From Tubiluchus corallicola (lineage: Eukaryota > Animalia > Priapulida): a stretch of DNA of 64,000 nt. Positions 13,245 to 27,634 of the stretch are shown piece by piece. Numbering within the stretch: the stretch's first letter is position 1; each line of letters begins with the position of its first letter. Position numbers and translations under genes: made by a program. The notes below the pieces were generated by a model. It saw nothing but the letters and a program-made list of their open reading frames with translations, made no database searches and was not told where the DNA came from. Where the stretch lies: the NCBI GenBank assembly GCA_030141605.1, contig JAQGDQ010000952.1, forward strand, positions 13,011-77,010. The letters are read 5' to 3'.

Positions 13245-13642
13245 TGGGTGAGCATCGAACATTCGAATTCGTTCCGAACGAGATTTTAATTCTAATTCGA
13301 TTCGAACTTAAAACTACTGATTCGAATAATTCGTCACTTCAACTACATTCCTTCTTTATCATTAAAATGTTTAAAACTTCATGTAATCAGCACAAGTTAG
13401 CGGGGATTTCTGTGCACAACTGTCAAACAAATTTTTACTGTTTTTACTACAGAACAAAGTAAGTAAGACGCGTGATCTGCGAGACTGTTTTTTGTACATT
13501 ACTCGAAAATTTGTTCGATAATATTTAAACCGATTTCGAATTCGATTCGTATGCGAAAATACTGAAATTCGGTTTGATTCGAGTTCGAAAGTCAAAAATT
13601 CAAATTCGAATTTCTTTTCCGATAGACAATGCTCACCCCTAC
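13245..13642. mobile_element. hAT-like MITE
   Basis: GGGTGAGCAT ... ATGCTCACCCCTA termini; many TTCGAA motifs. Confidence 0.7.
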
Positions 13643-13828
13643 TATGTATAGATCATCCCAGTCTGTTTAGTGTTTCATCTTAACGCCTGACAATACAGAA
13701 GTGAAGTGTACACGGGAATTCAAACAACTTCTGCGAGCGGAAATGAAAACGTCTAAACCGGTTATTAACACCAGCAAAACTTGAAGCTCGTATTGGCCTC
13801 GCTAGCAGGTTCATTTCAATCAAAGAGG

Positions 13829-13961
<133 letters not shown>

Positions 13962-14195
13962 GCATGTCTGTCTGGCTTTTGAACTACGCAAAGTTTCCAA
14001 ATTGGACTGCAGAATCTTTCAGAAAACTGCAGAATCTTTCAGAAAACTGACAGCTTCGGACCAAGACATTTTACAAAGCAGACAGGTTTTTAAGGAAAAC
14101 TTTCATCAACTTGCGCAAAAAAAACTGGCACTGGTCATTGGTCAGCCTAGGTCACCAAGCTCCAACAGAACCCAACATAAGAAAAATGAACTTAC

Positions 14196-14330
14196 CTTTG
14201 AAAAAGTTTTTCAACAGAGAAAGATGCTTCGCTGAAATCCAAATTGCCAGGAAAGTTTGAGCAGCAATCAGCCGCGTCTCTGAAACCTTCTGCGCTTCAA
14301 ATTACGGGACATTTATACTGAGGTCACGTG
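14196..14330 (-). promoter_or_regulatory. Candidate core promoter and non-coding first exon of the GPCR at 8229-8402
   Basis: On the minus strand: E-box CACGTG (14325-14330), TATAAA (14312-14317), then donor AG|GTAAG at 14196/14195 in unique sequence. Confidence 0.35.
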
Positions 14331-14849
14331 TCTGTATTGATGGACGCCGCTCGGTTACCTTGCGCATGAGACGTAATGAAAATAGATGATAAGACATCAT
14401 GCATCATTGTTGAAATTACCGTGCTAATCTATGTAACGTAATGTACCTGCGCATGTAGTTTTGACATGCAAGAAGTTGGGCTGCATAAGATACAAGTAGA
14501 ACAGAATATAATCTATTATATTTTATGTCCCTCATGGGACAGAGGCAGGGGGAGAGATCAAAAGAAGGGGAGAGAGGGGGAGAGAAAGAGAGTGACAAAT
14601 AAATTTGTTTTTATTATTTGTGTTAAGAACCTGGCTATAGTAAATACGTATTTGTTCTGGTCGAATTGTATCTGAACAATCTGATAGAGTGGCTTCCGAC
14701 CTATAAGCACAGAGCTGGTGGTAATATCCAAGCATATACTAAGTTTTCATAGAGAGGTACTATAAAGAGGTACCAGTCTAAACGTGCGTGCTGTTGATGA
14801 GCGCCATCCTCTAACACCTTCACGTTAGAGATAGTAACGGTCATCCAGT

Positions 14850-15425
14850 ATTGCCGAATTGTAACTGTGGATTTCGATTTGAGTCTGTTGAACACTTTTT
14901 GTTGCACTGCCCATTGTATCGACAAACTAGGGTTGTTATGTTTGATAAATTAAATGAAATACTGCAGCCTGAATACCTTAATATAGCTGCCTTAGGAAAT
15001 AATGATCTGTTGAAGTTGCTATTATTGGGAAAAGATGAATTTAACTATGTTGCTAACTGTAAAATATTCCAATGTATACATGACTTTATATTACGTACTA
15101 AACGCTTCCAGTAGTTTCTACCTGATATGAAATGCATCAGTCATAAATATTCGTACATTAATATTTTCTAACCATCATTTTCTACTAATGTCTAATGTAA
15201 TCTTGTAGTAAAACTTGTCAGCTTGTGTAGTTATAGTCTATTCTTACTGTAAATGTTACTAATGTCTAATGTAATCTTGTAGTAAAACTTGTCAGCTTGT
15301 GTAGTTATAGTCTATTCTTACTGTAAATGTTCTTGTAAATAGTGTATAAAGTCTGTTGTGGTGAGGATCCTAAATCATGTTGTTCAAACTGTCTGATCCA
15401 ATCCTATAATAAATTATGTTTAAAC
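14850..15425 (+). mobile_element. Non-LTR retrotransposon 3' end with CCHC zinc knuckle
   Basis: CNCG...ESVEHFLLHCPLY...LLLG...IFQCIHDFILRTKRF then 3' UTR; three copies in the window. Confidence 0.8.
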
Positions 15426-15807
15426 TATGATACAAGTAGAACAGAATAGAATAAATATTTTAATTGGATATGTAAAAAACCTAACGATATTTCTATTACT
15501 GTCCAAGCGTTGTTAGTAATTAATTAAAATAAACATGCTATTATAAACGACACACAGGAAACTAAGAAAAGCATTATAATATGAACACAACACATTGTAA
15601 TATATCGACAGTAAAATTAGCATATTTATTACTAAAAAATAAGCAATACTTTAACTAAAAATGAGAACTTTGGAAAAGTATTATAAAATAAATAAAACAC
15701 AAAAATCATATATCCTAACTAAAATTAAGCACATTAAATTTTAAAAGTGAAAAATGCTGTTATTAAAATGTGAAGTTAAGAATTATAGAATAAACACAAC
15801 ACACTGC

Positions 15808-16472
<665 letters not shown>

Positions 16473-17269
16473 TAACAAAGAAATTTGCCAAAAACTGTCT
16501 GCAAAGCATAAACTTAATTTATACTGTTGCGGTATAGATCTTTTTAAGCGCGGTGGTAGCCACCATTCACATGAAAATTATGACTTAACTAGAGGACCGC
16601 GTGTCATTTCGTAAGCACATCGTCGCTTTCCGTAAGCGCCCGCTGCTTAAAATAATTCAAACTTCTCCATCTATCTAATGCAGCTTATCTAATGTTCATG
16701 CAGAAATATCACACAATTAACAATCTATTTTTTGTAAAAACTTATTATTAAACTTTTGACGGTAATTGACAGGGCGCTGTATTTTTCAGCCCACGAACGA
16801 CGTCACTGGTGGAAGAATGGACATCCGAAATGGGAGCGTTTAAAGCCTGAAATGATTGCAACTTTAATGTGATTTACAAATTCGAGACGCTTAATATACT
16901 GTTACTATTAAATCCTTCTAAAATTTTTCTCAAATCCTGAAATAAGCCTCCTAACTTCCCAGAACGGTTGGCTTTTCCTTTAAAAACCCCAAGACAGTCA
17001 GTATCATCTACAAAATGGGCATACAGTCTTTTTGCAATTTTGAAGATTTCTTACAGGTGTGAGTAAAAGGATGTTTTAATAATGAATATTGATGAGGTGC
17101 GTTGAGTGTTTGTCATGGCTGCATTAACAGCTGCATGGGGGCGTAATTAAGGCGCGTTCACACCAGCGAGTTTTCTCTCTGACAACAAATTCGCAAATTA
17201 CTGCCAGCAAACTCTCAGACAGTTGCTGCGAAGTTGATTTACTGTCTGATGACTGACTTCACATAGAGA

Positions 17270-17279
17270 AAGAAAGAGA

Positions 17280-17328
<49 letters not shown>

Positions 17329-17432
17329 CGAGAGAGAGAGAGAGAGAGGGAGAGAGAGAGGGGGAGAGAGAGAGAGAGGAGGAAAGAGAGAGAGAGAAGG
17401 AAAGAGAGAGAGAGAGAGGGGGGAGAGAGGGA

Positions 17433-17487
<55 letters not shown>

Positions 17488-17960
17488 TGAAAAGGATAGA
17501 GAAACGTTTCCTCCTTGATTGAAATGAACCTGCTAGTGATGCCAATACGAGCTTCGTGTTTTGCTGGTGTTAATAACCGGTTTAGACGTTTTCATTTCCG
17601 CTCGCAGAAGTTGTTTGAATTCTCGTTTCCACTTCACTTCTGTATTGTCAGGCGTTAAGATGAAACACTAAACAGACTGGGATGATCTATACAGAGCAGG
17701 GGTGAGCATTGTCTATCGGAAAGGAAATTCGAATTTGAATTTTTGACTTTCGAACTCGAATCAAACCGAATTTCAGTATTTTCGCATACGAATCGAATTT
17801 CAATTCGGCTTAAAGATTATCGAATAAATTTTCGAATAATGTATAAAAAATAGTCTCGCAGATCATGCGTCTTTCTTAATCTGTTCTGTAGTAAAAACAG
17901 TAATAATTTGTTTGACAGTTGTGCACAGAAATCCCCTCTATATTGTGCTGATTACATGAT
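17270..17960. repeat. Inverted duplicate of ~13375-13957 (microsatellite + unique segment + partial MITE)
   Basis: 17500-17700 is the reverse complement of 13643-13835, and the match continues into the MITE. Confidence 0.85.
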
Positions 17961-18235
17961 GTCGGTCAATGCCCTTTCTCCCCCCCCCCCATAAATAAAG
18001 ATAGGATTAAAAACAGTGTCGTTACTACTTTGCCATTATACTAAAGCCTGAAGCTCCATTGTCGGACATTAACTTGACCACGACGTTAATCCATTTATCC
18101 TAATTATTAGTTCACCTTTTAAAGATGTTCAGTAAGACAACCCTAATTATGCTTTACTCGGTCCATTATTTCGCAAGAAGTTCGTAAATTAACTTGAGAA
18201 ATGGCTAAGTAGCGGATGGTGTCTTACAACCAGTC

Positions 18236-18850
18236 ACACTACACTACACTACGCAACGCTACACTACACTACACTACACTACACTACACTACACTACACT
18301 ACACTACACTACACTACACTACACTACACTACACTACACTACACTACACTACACTACACTACACTACACTACACTACACTACACTACACTACACTACACT
18401 ACACTACACTACACTACACTACACTACACTACACTACACTACACTACACTACACTACACTACACTACACTACACTACACTACACTACACTACACTACACT
18501 ACACTACACTACACTACACTACACTACACTACACTACACTACACTACACTACTCTACACTACACTACACTACACTACTCTACACTACAGTACACTACACT
18601 ACACTACACTACACTACACTACACTACACTACACTACACTACACTACACTACACTACACTACACTACACTACACTACACTACACTACACTACACTACACT
18701 GCACTACACTACACTACACTACACTACACTACACTACACTACACTACACTACACTACACTACACTACACTACACTACACTACACTACACTACACTACACT
18801 ACACTACACTACACTACACTACACTAAACTACACTACACTACACTATTCT
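18236..18850. repeat. (CACTA)n pentanucleotide microsatellite
   Basis: Seen directly. Confidence 0.95.
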
Positions 18851-19154
18851 ATACTAGTCACTATACTATAATTAGTCACAAGAAGCCAGAAAGATGCAGA
18901 AGACAAAGTGATGACTTTCACGTAATTGCGTTTGTCTACCTGTCTACAATTACAATGATCTAAAAGCTAGTGGTGATTTCATCATCCCATTTGCATAATC
19001 AAATTGTGCATATGATATGCTTTCTGCTGATGGCTTCTTACTTTCAGGTAATACGTTCTCAGGTAAAAAGAACGAAGCCAAAAAGCAAAGGTAAACTGAG
19101 TCCTAAAAAAATTTCCATAGAAAGTCATGTTACTTTCAGGTACGCTTACCTACT

Positions 19155-20517
19155 TGAAAGAAAAACCGGATGATTGTGTAAACACGAGTTCAGAATAAAG
19201 ATTACTCTGAAATATTGAAAACTACAAGAGTTTCTTTTAAATCAAAGCTTAGATTAAATAATAATTACCTCGATACTCAAATTTCGTTAAACTTTCAATG
19301 CTACGCGCGGCTCAGTGAATCTACAAGGATTGGCAGCGGCGCCTTTTTGTCACATTCACCGTCAAATAGAAGGCGGTACCATGATAAGCATGATCATGAA
19401 GTGCAGTGTTAGTTTCTGACGTCATACGATGTAGAGCCCATTTTCGTGACATCACGCGTTTAAGCAGTAACGCTTACGCAAACGCGCTTGACGTGCAAGG
19501 AAAGACGCCTGCCATTGCACAAACGGTGGTTAGTTTGTGACGTAAGCAATAGTTGTATTCGGTTGCCGCTAATTAACTTTCTAAGCTAATGGTTCAAATA
19601 TAAGGAACAACTGCTAACTTTTATAGGCAAAAAAATGTATATTTTGGACAGTAAATTGAAATAAGATTGAGTCTAAACAATCGTCCGGTCTTCCTTGAAA
19701 GACTTATGTAACCGGAGAAGAAATTTCTTAATAATTTAAAATGTCCGACCATCTGTAAAATGTCGTTGACTCACCTTCCCTGTGTGCACTACTCAGTCAC
19801 CAAGAAAACCTATTTTTAATCTTTAAAATTTTGCTTAGTTAGTAAAGTGTGCGCCACGAATGCTCTGGTTAAAAAACTACATTATTTTATAGCAATTTTA
19901 TGCGTATATCGTAATCGCGTTAAATGGAATTTTTGTTTGTCTTCGTTTTAAATCTCTCGCAGTACTGTTCCGACGGCGCCATTACATGACGTCATATACA
20001 AAGTAAATCAAGGAAAGAAAAGAAAATGTTAAATTATGTCGTAACAAAATTTCCGTATAAATCTATATTACTTATCATTTCGCTTACCTGCTGGAAAGAC
20101 TTATGTAACTAGAAAAGAAAATTATTAATTATTTAAAATGTTTTCACCAATTGGTAAAATGTCGCTGACTCACCCACCAGGGTGCACCACTCACTAACCA
20201 AAAAACGTATTTTTAATGTTATTGACAAGATACAGTAATTTTAAATTTTACTTAGTTAGTAACACGCGCCCTACGAATGCTCTGATTATTTTTCAAACTT
20301 TAAAAATGTTATCTAAACTTGTTTCAAATGACCTGTCGTCAAAATGGCTGCATCTAACGGTCATCGCGGGAGTTTAAATTTACATGTTTTATACAAGTTT
20401 TATACGTTACTGCTAATGCAAGCCCTGCGTGCATTAAGACAGCATGTAAGTGGTATCAAATTACAAGAAGAATTGCTTTTAGCTTTGTGTAAGGGAAAGG
20501 TTTTCTTGTGCTTTAAA
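19155..20517. mobile_element. Cluster of Kolobok-like MITE copies
   Basis: 19155-19697 matches 7108-7652; 19700-20517 is an inverted, partly duplicated match to 5587-6250. Confidence 0.65.
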
Positions 20518-21024
20518 TAACTCAGTCTTTAATCAAACCCTGTAAGAAATGCCTGCCATGTTTGCAATAGTGAGTTCCCATCTTCTGCACAGACTTGATG
20601 ATAAAAATTCAGCGACTTCGGTCAAGCGCCGGATTCGTTAAAGTTCTTACGAACGATTTCCTTCGTAAAGTTTATGCGTACAAGCGTTCTTAGCGCTGCG
20701 CACCGATTCGTTAAGCCGGTTTTCGTAAAATCTTCTTAAATTTGTTCATAACTTTACGCGAGGATTACGTAAAGGATTGCGCAAGTAGCTTGCGTAAGTA
20801 CAATTCTTCATGTTATACACAGTTTAAATCAAATTAAATAGCCATGGAAGTGGGCGTGCGTGTATTCCTGGAAAAGGGATCGGCTTATAAGAAGAAACAT
20901 TTGATACTGTTATTTGATACGCAAAAAAAACGTATTTTTGCGCAACCGAATATAATTAGGCCTTTCAAATGAAACCAATTGTCAAATGAAAAACGTATAC
21001 AAACTATTGTCCACAAGCTGTTGG

Positions 21025-21895
21025 TTACAAAGTTAACACTTTACAAAGTTAACACTTTACAAAGTTAATGCTTTACTTTACAAAGTTAACACTTTACTTT
21101 ACAAAGTTAATATTTTACTTTACAAAGCTAACGCCTTACTTTACAAAGTTAACGCTTTACTTTACAAAGTTAACGCTTTACTTTACAAAGTTAACATTCT
21201 ACTTTACAAAGTTAATGCTTTACTTTACAAAGCTATCGCTTTACTTTACAAAGTTAATGCTTTACTTTACAAAGCTATCGCTTTACTTTACAAAGTTAAT
21301 GCTTTACTTTACAAAGCTATCGCTTTACTTTACAAAGTTAATGCTTTACTTTGCAAAGTTAACATTTTACTTTACAAAGTTAACACTTTACAAAGTGGCA
21401 CAAAGTAACACTTTACTTTACAAAGCTATCGCTTTACTTTACAAAGTTAATGCTTTACTTTACAAAGTAACACTTTTCTTTGCAAAGTTAACACCTTGCT
21501 TTACAAAGTTAACATTTTACTTTACAAAGTTAACATTCTACTTTACAAAGTTAACGCTTTACTTTACAAAGTTAACGCTTTACTTTACAAAGTTAACATT
21601 TTACTTTACAAAGTTACGCTTTACTTTACAAAGTTAACGCTTTACTTTACAAAGTTAACATTTTACTTTACAAAGTTAACATTTTACTTTACAAAGTTAA
21701 CGTTTTACTTTACAAAGTTAACGCTTTACTTTAAAAAGTTAATGCTTTACTTTAAAAAGTTAACATTTTACTTTACAAAGTTAACACTTTACAAAGTCAC
21801 ACAAAGTAAGACTTTACTTTACAAAGCCGTGGCTTTACTTTACAAAGTTAACACTTAACAAAATCAATACTTTACTTTACAAAGTTAACATCCAA
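21025..21895. repeat. 21-bp minisatellite
   Basis: Unit ~ACTTTACAAAGTTAACGCTTT; produces the LYFTKLT ORFs. Confidence 0.9.
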
Positions 21896-21961
21896 TGAAT
21901 GATTTTAACTTTTTAACTTTGTAAAGAAAAGTTTTAACAAAGCTGTGTTGTTATTAACTAT

Positions 21962-22988
21962 TGTAACGCTCAGGCTTATTTTAAGCCAGGTTATGTAACT
22001 AGTTCCTACTGTTATAATTCCACCATTAATTATTTTCAGTTTTTATACAAGAAGTTTAGTTAACCTGTTTAATGATATAACGCTAGAAGCCAACTTGTTC
22101 TGAAATCAGATTTCACCTGTACATTCAATGATACTGTTTATGCATTACTACTATATCATGTGATTGAAGCCACGTAGACGAAATTTTGGCTATTCAGTTC
22201 GAGCAGGTTTTCCGCTTTAAGTTGTCGAGTTAAGCGGACGTTCTCGTGTCATAAAATGATGGTTTAGTAGTAACGGTGCTTGCTTGTAGAAAAGCGATCT
22301 GTCTACATGGTTACGACAGAGACGATAGCTGCATACCAGCGATGATACTTACCTGTTGCTGATTACATTTTCCTGACGCTGATGATAATGATACATCACT
22401 TATTAAAGATTGTACTTACCAATTGTCGATGATATCTACTGCTGATGATACTTACCCGTATTTACCTGACGTTGATGATACTGTCGTTGGTGCTTCCATG
22501 CTGTGATTACGAAACTGGTAATCCTTACCTTGTGACGAGTGCAGGAGCTTGGATGCTACCCTATTTTGGCGTCGTGTAAGTGGAGGCGTGTACATCAGGA
22601 GTCGCCAAAGTTTGGAGACGTCGTCCACGTAATCAGATCCATGAAGAGGTAGTGTAGTCAACCGTTCTATGGTGCACCATTCCTCGATGAAGCCCCTGGT
22701 GAGGAGATGCCGCGGAATGGGAGCAGGAGAAAAGTCGCTTGATGATGCCAAGACAGGACTGGTGAAAAACATTACGTTGTTTTTTCTCTTCTTAGCCGGC
22801 TTAATCTTTATTATTAACATTTGTCTTGCAATGTAATTTGAGATATTCATTAAATTGTTATATTATTTTATTAATTCAGTGGTTTCTTCCCGGTGTTTTC
22901 GACTAAGTGTTTTATTCTTTACCTAAGGGTTACACTTAAGTCACGAACCAGCTATTTGCAATAGCGAAAATTAGACTACATCGTCACA
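21962..22988. mobile_element. Solo LTR with 5-bp TSD
   Basis: TGTAACG...CGTCACA termini flanked by ACTAT on both sides (21957-21961 and 22989-22993). Confidence 0.8.
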
Positions 22989-23411
22989 ACTATGTTTCTA
23001 ATGTTAACAAATCAAAATTTCTCAATTTATACTCAGAAATAAGCATTAAATTCAACTTTGGGTTCCCTACATTCTGCTTACCACATACTTGCAAGTCTCC
23101 GCCATCCAATATATAAAAGCTCATTTCTTTATTTTTGAAGAATCGCGATTACTCTCCACCAGGGAGCGCAAATTGCAATTATTCCTCTTCTAGAACACCC
23201 GAATTAAGCTGCAGTAAACAGTAAATCCACGTTATAAAGCGAGGAGACTGTCACTAATTTCCTGTGGGACGTTTAGTGCATAAAAGTGCGCGATAAGATG
23301 TGTGAAAGAAAAAAAAGACTCGACTAATCAACTTCTTCAGACAAGCAGTCAGTAAGTCGATCAATTATTAGCGAGTCGGTCTGTCGTTTAGTCAGTCAGC
23401 GAGTCACTTAG

Positions 23412-24828
23412 TGTACCGTAATTTCAGTGCAAATTCCATTAGTTGTGTACTAGCAGCTTCACGGATTTCGTCTTTATGTAATTTAAAGGAAAAGGTCTAG
23501 GTTTCTGGGAAGTTAGGCTTATTTCAACGTTCATAAAAAATGTTAGGAAAATTCAGTGATAAATGAGTGTGACAAGTGCCTTATGTAATTAGTATAATCA
23601 CTTAATACGCTTGGGCGCTGCCATTTTGCAACACCCATTCTTCCACCAATGACGTCATTCATCGACTGAAGATTTTAATTTCCGTTAAAACTATGAAAAG
23701 TTTTTACAAGAAACAAGATTTCGTGATATTTTTGTACGAACATTAGGTAAGCTGCAGAAGTTTGAATTAATTTAAGTATCACGCACTTATGAGCATTACG
23801 TCACAAACGGACTTTCAAACTTTTTATAGTTACAAATTTTTGTAATTAAAGGAAAGGTCTAGCTTTCTGGGAAGTCAGGATTATTTCAGCGTTCGTGAAA
23901 AATGTTTCACATAGGACGTCAAAAACTGTTATACGTACTTATTAATTTATCGAGGAATTTTGTTCATAACAATTAAAACTAATAACATAAGTTCAAGATC
24001 ATCAGCTTCTGAATCTCTATTGCGTCTTTATCAGCTATTTATATACCGACGTTTATAATATTTATATATTATTTCTTTCTATTAGCAGTGATTCTGACTA
24101 AGCAGGTTTTATTTACAACAAAATGCAAGGAGACGAAGTGCTGATAGATTAGTTAAAGGAAAGGTCAAGCTACTTAGCATGCCGGATTTATTTTACTGTT
24201 ATCACTTAAACTTTGGAAAAATTATAGCAAAGAATTTTGCAAAAAACTACAGAAAGTTTGAAAGTCTATTTGTGACGTAATGCTCATAAGTGCGTGATGC
24301 TTAAATTAATTCAAACTTCTGCAGCTTAGCATATGGGATTTATTTTACTGTTGTCACTTAAACTTTGAAAAAATATAGCAAATAATTTTGCAAAAAACTA
24401 CAAAAAGTTTAAAAGTCCATTTGTGACGTAATGCTCATAAGTGCGTGATGCTTAAATTAACTAAGGTTCCGCAGATTACCTAATGTTCGTACAAAAATAT
24501 CTCGAAATCTTGTTTCTTGTAAAAACTTTTTATAGTTTTAACGGAAATTAAAATCTTCAGTCGAAGAACGACGTCATTGGTGGAAGAATGGGTGTTGCAA
24601 GATGGCAGCGCCCAAGCGTAAAATTCTCGCGACTTTAAAGGGATTTTACTAATTACTTAAGGCACTTGTCACACTGATTTATCACTAAATCCTTCTAACA
24701 TTTTTCACGAACATTGAAATAAGCCTAACGTCCCTGAAAGCTTGATCTTTCCTTTAAATTACATAAAGACGAAATCCGTGAAACCGTTAGTACACAAATA
24801 TTGATGTTTGTACTGAAATGACAGTACA
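23412..24828. repeat. ~1.4-kb foldback with ~430-bp inverted arms built on Kolobok-like MITE sequence
   Basis: 23412-23845 is approximately the reverse complement of 24390-24828. Confidence 0.75.
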
Positions 24829-24896
24829 CAAAATAAATTAACTGCCCTCTTTTTGCTGGTTTGTTCACCAGATACACAAACCGAGTGAACATAACT

Positions 24897-25407
24897 TTTT
24901 TTGTTGGCATCCTTCTGTCTCGGAAGACAACGGAGTGTGCGCCAAGAGAGTCAGTTATTGATCACATTGATGGAGCTGCAGCGTCGACTGTGGCTGAGCA
25001 GTCCGATCCTTGAACGTCTCCAGCGCCTGGGCAAGGTGTATGGAAATCCTGAGCTGTCCAGACAACAGGAACCCCTCTCTTCCTCCCTGGCGTAGTCCAA
25101 AGGAAAGCAGAGCGATACGTTTGGCACCAGGTTGGCTGCAGGAGCTGCCGGAGTCAGTGAGCATGCTGCACTGGTCCGCCTTCGGGTCTCCACTCCTGAT
25201 TTGGAAGGTTTACTCCTCTACACATGGCCGTTGGGTCACTTGACCTCCTCCGCCCTCTAGCCGTTGGCTGCTTGTGCAGCTCCTCTGCCTAGTGTCGAGA
25301 TACAGTGTGGGCATCCCGCAAGCCTACAGCACCTGGCATTCCTAGGCGGTCACCCATCCAAGTACTAACCAGGCTCAACGTTACCTAACTTCGGTGATCT
25401 GACGAGA
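24897..25407 (-). mobile_element. 5S rRNA-derived SINE with RTE tail, head slightly 5'-truncated
   Basis: Reverse complement of ~30200-30712; candidate TSD ATAACT. Confidence 0.85.
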
Positions 25408-26014
25408 ATAACTAGTACAAGACAAATGTATAGGCTAAGCTTCGCATAATGTCAGTTTGATGTTGAAGCCGTCAGATTTTAATATTTTCATAAAAATAGT
25501 AATAACAAATCTTTATTGAAAAAGAACATATATACAAAAAGGTGTGTTTTTGTAGGCTCAGATAAACGATTTACATATTCATCAAAAGAAACCTTTTAAA
25601 CATTTTCAGTTTCGTGCTGTGCACATTAAACTATGTACAACAAATAAAGTACAATAGCAAGATTAGATTTAATTTCGACTGATTCACAATTATTATGCAC
25701 ATGAATCTACCTTATACTCGTACATAATGTTATATACTAGAACGCCTATAAATTAACGATTATTAAGTGTAAAACTATTTTTGTTTAACTTTATATCAAT
25801 CTTTGATTAACTTTGTAAAAGACATTATTAAATTTTTAACGTATTGATATTATGGGCATAATTTGCAACAGCTATTTCTATGAAACTTATTCTTTTTCTA
25901 CTTTCTACTTTATTATATCTCAATAAAATGTGCTGAGAAGTTTCCTCTTCTTCTCCATATGGACATAAACTAGTACCACACTTATTAAGTCTATACAAAA
26001 AGCTACTAAAATGG

Positions 26015-27590
26015 TCATCATCACCACTCATAGTTTGATGCCATGCTCCCCGATCTGCTGCCACATGCAAACTATTCAAGTTATTTAAGTCAGGTGGAGT
26101 ATTTAGTAAGTCTTTCTTTAGCACATCTAAATATGTGATCAGCTGTCCTTCTGTAGGTTTCTTGCCAGGTGTTGATGTAATGCTGTAGTAAGTGGAGAAT
26201 GATGTGGTAATCTGATGACATGTCCAATCCGGATGTCCTCCTCTTGGTTTCCTCTCTGGTATTAGTGTTTGATGTAATGCTGTAGTAAGTGGAGAATCAT
26301 GTGGTAATCTAATGGCATGTCCAATCCGGACGTCCTCCTCTTGGTTTCCTCCCAGGTATTAGTGTTTGATGTAATGCTGTAGTAAGTGGAGAATCTTGTG
26401 GTAATCTGATGACATGTCCAATCCGGATGTCCTCCTCTTGGTTTCCTCCCAGGTATTAGCGCTTGATGTAATGCTGTAGTAAATGGAGAATCCTGCGGTA
26501 ATCTGATGACATGTCCAATCCGGATGTCCTCCTCTTGGTTTCCTCTCTGATATTAGTACTTAATGTAATGCTGTAGTAAGTGGAGAATCATGTGGTAATC
26601 TAATGGCATGTCCAATCCGGACGTCCTCCTCTTGGTTTCCTCCCAGGTATTAGTGTTTGATGTAATGCTGTAGTAAGTGGAGAAACTTGTGGTAATCTGA
26701 TGACGTGTCCAATCCAGATGTCCTCCTCTTGGTTTCCTCCCAGGTATTAGTACTTAATGTAATGCTGTAGTAAGTGGAGAATCATGTGGTAATCTAATGA
26801 CATGTCCAATCCGGACGTCCTCCTCTTGGTTTCCTCCCAGGTATTAGTGTTTGATGTAATGCTGTAGTAAGTGGAGAATCTTGTGGTAATCTGATGACGT
26901 GTCCAATCCAGATGTCCTCCTCTTGGTTTCCTCCCAGGTATTAGTGCTTGATGTAATGCTGTAGTAAGTGGAGAATCCTGTGTTAATCTGATGACATGTC
27001 CAATCTGGATGTCCTCCTCTTGGTTTCCTCTCAGATATTAGTGCTTGATGTAATGCTGTAGTAAGTGGAGAATCCTGTGGTAATCTGATGACATGTCCAA
27101 TCCGGATGTCCTCCTCTTGGTTTCCTCCCAGGTATTAGTGCTTGATGTAATGCTGTAGTAAGTGGAGAATCCTGTGGTAATCTAATGGCATGTCCAATCC
27201 GGACGTCCTCCTCTTGGTTTCCTCCCAGGTATTAGTGTTTGATGTAATGCTGTAGTAAGTGGAGAATCTTGTGGTAATCTAATGGCATGTCCAATGCATC
27301 TAAGCCGACACTTTTGTATGACCTCTCTCCATTCCTTCTTCATTAAGTCATATAGATCCTGATTTCAGATTTTCTTTGGTCATTCTATACCCAGAATCTT
27401 TCTGTACAGACGTCTATGGAGGGCAAAGCATTGATTTCACTCTTCTGGGCCAACTTTGACTACCCACATTTCTGAATTGTACAAGAAAACGGCTTCTACA
27501 AGTGATGACAGAATATGTAGTTTTGTTTCTACAGTAAGATTGGGACTTTCAACAATGTTTGTAAGTTTAGAATACGCAGCTAAAGCTAAA
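26015..27590 (-). mobile_element. Decayed RTE-like LINE 3' half containing a 97-bp minisatellite (12 copies, 26174-27295)
   Basis: AAYSKLTNIVESPNLTVETKLHILSSLVEAVFLYNSEMW, then repeated GHVIRLP...ALIPGRKPRGGHPDW, then LKKDL...AADRGAW. Confidence 0.8.
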
Positions 27591-27634
27591 ATGGTCATTA
27601 CACGATAACTAACCGGTTTTCAGACATTTTACTG

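Noticed and set aside
22452-22850. 132-aa ORF
   Set aside because: Lies inside a solo LTR; no recognisable motif.
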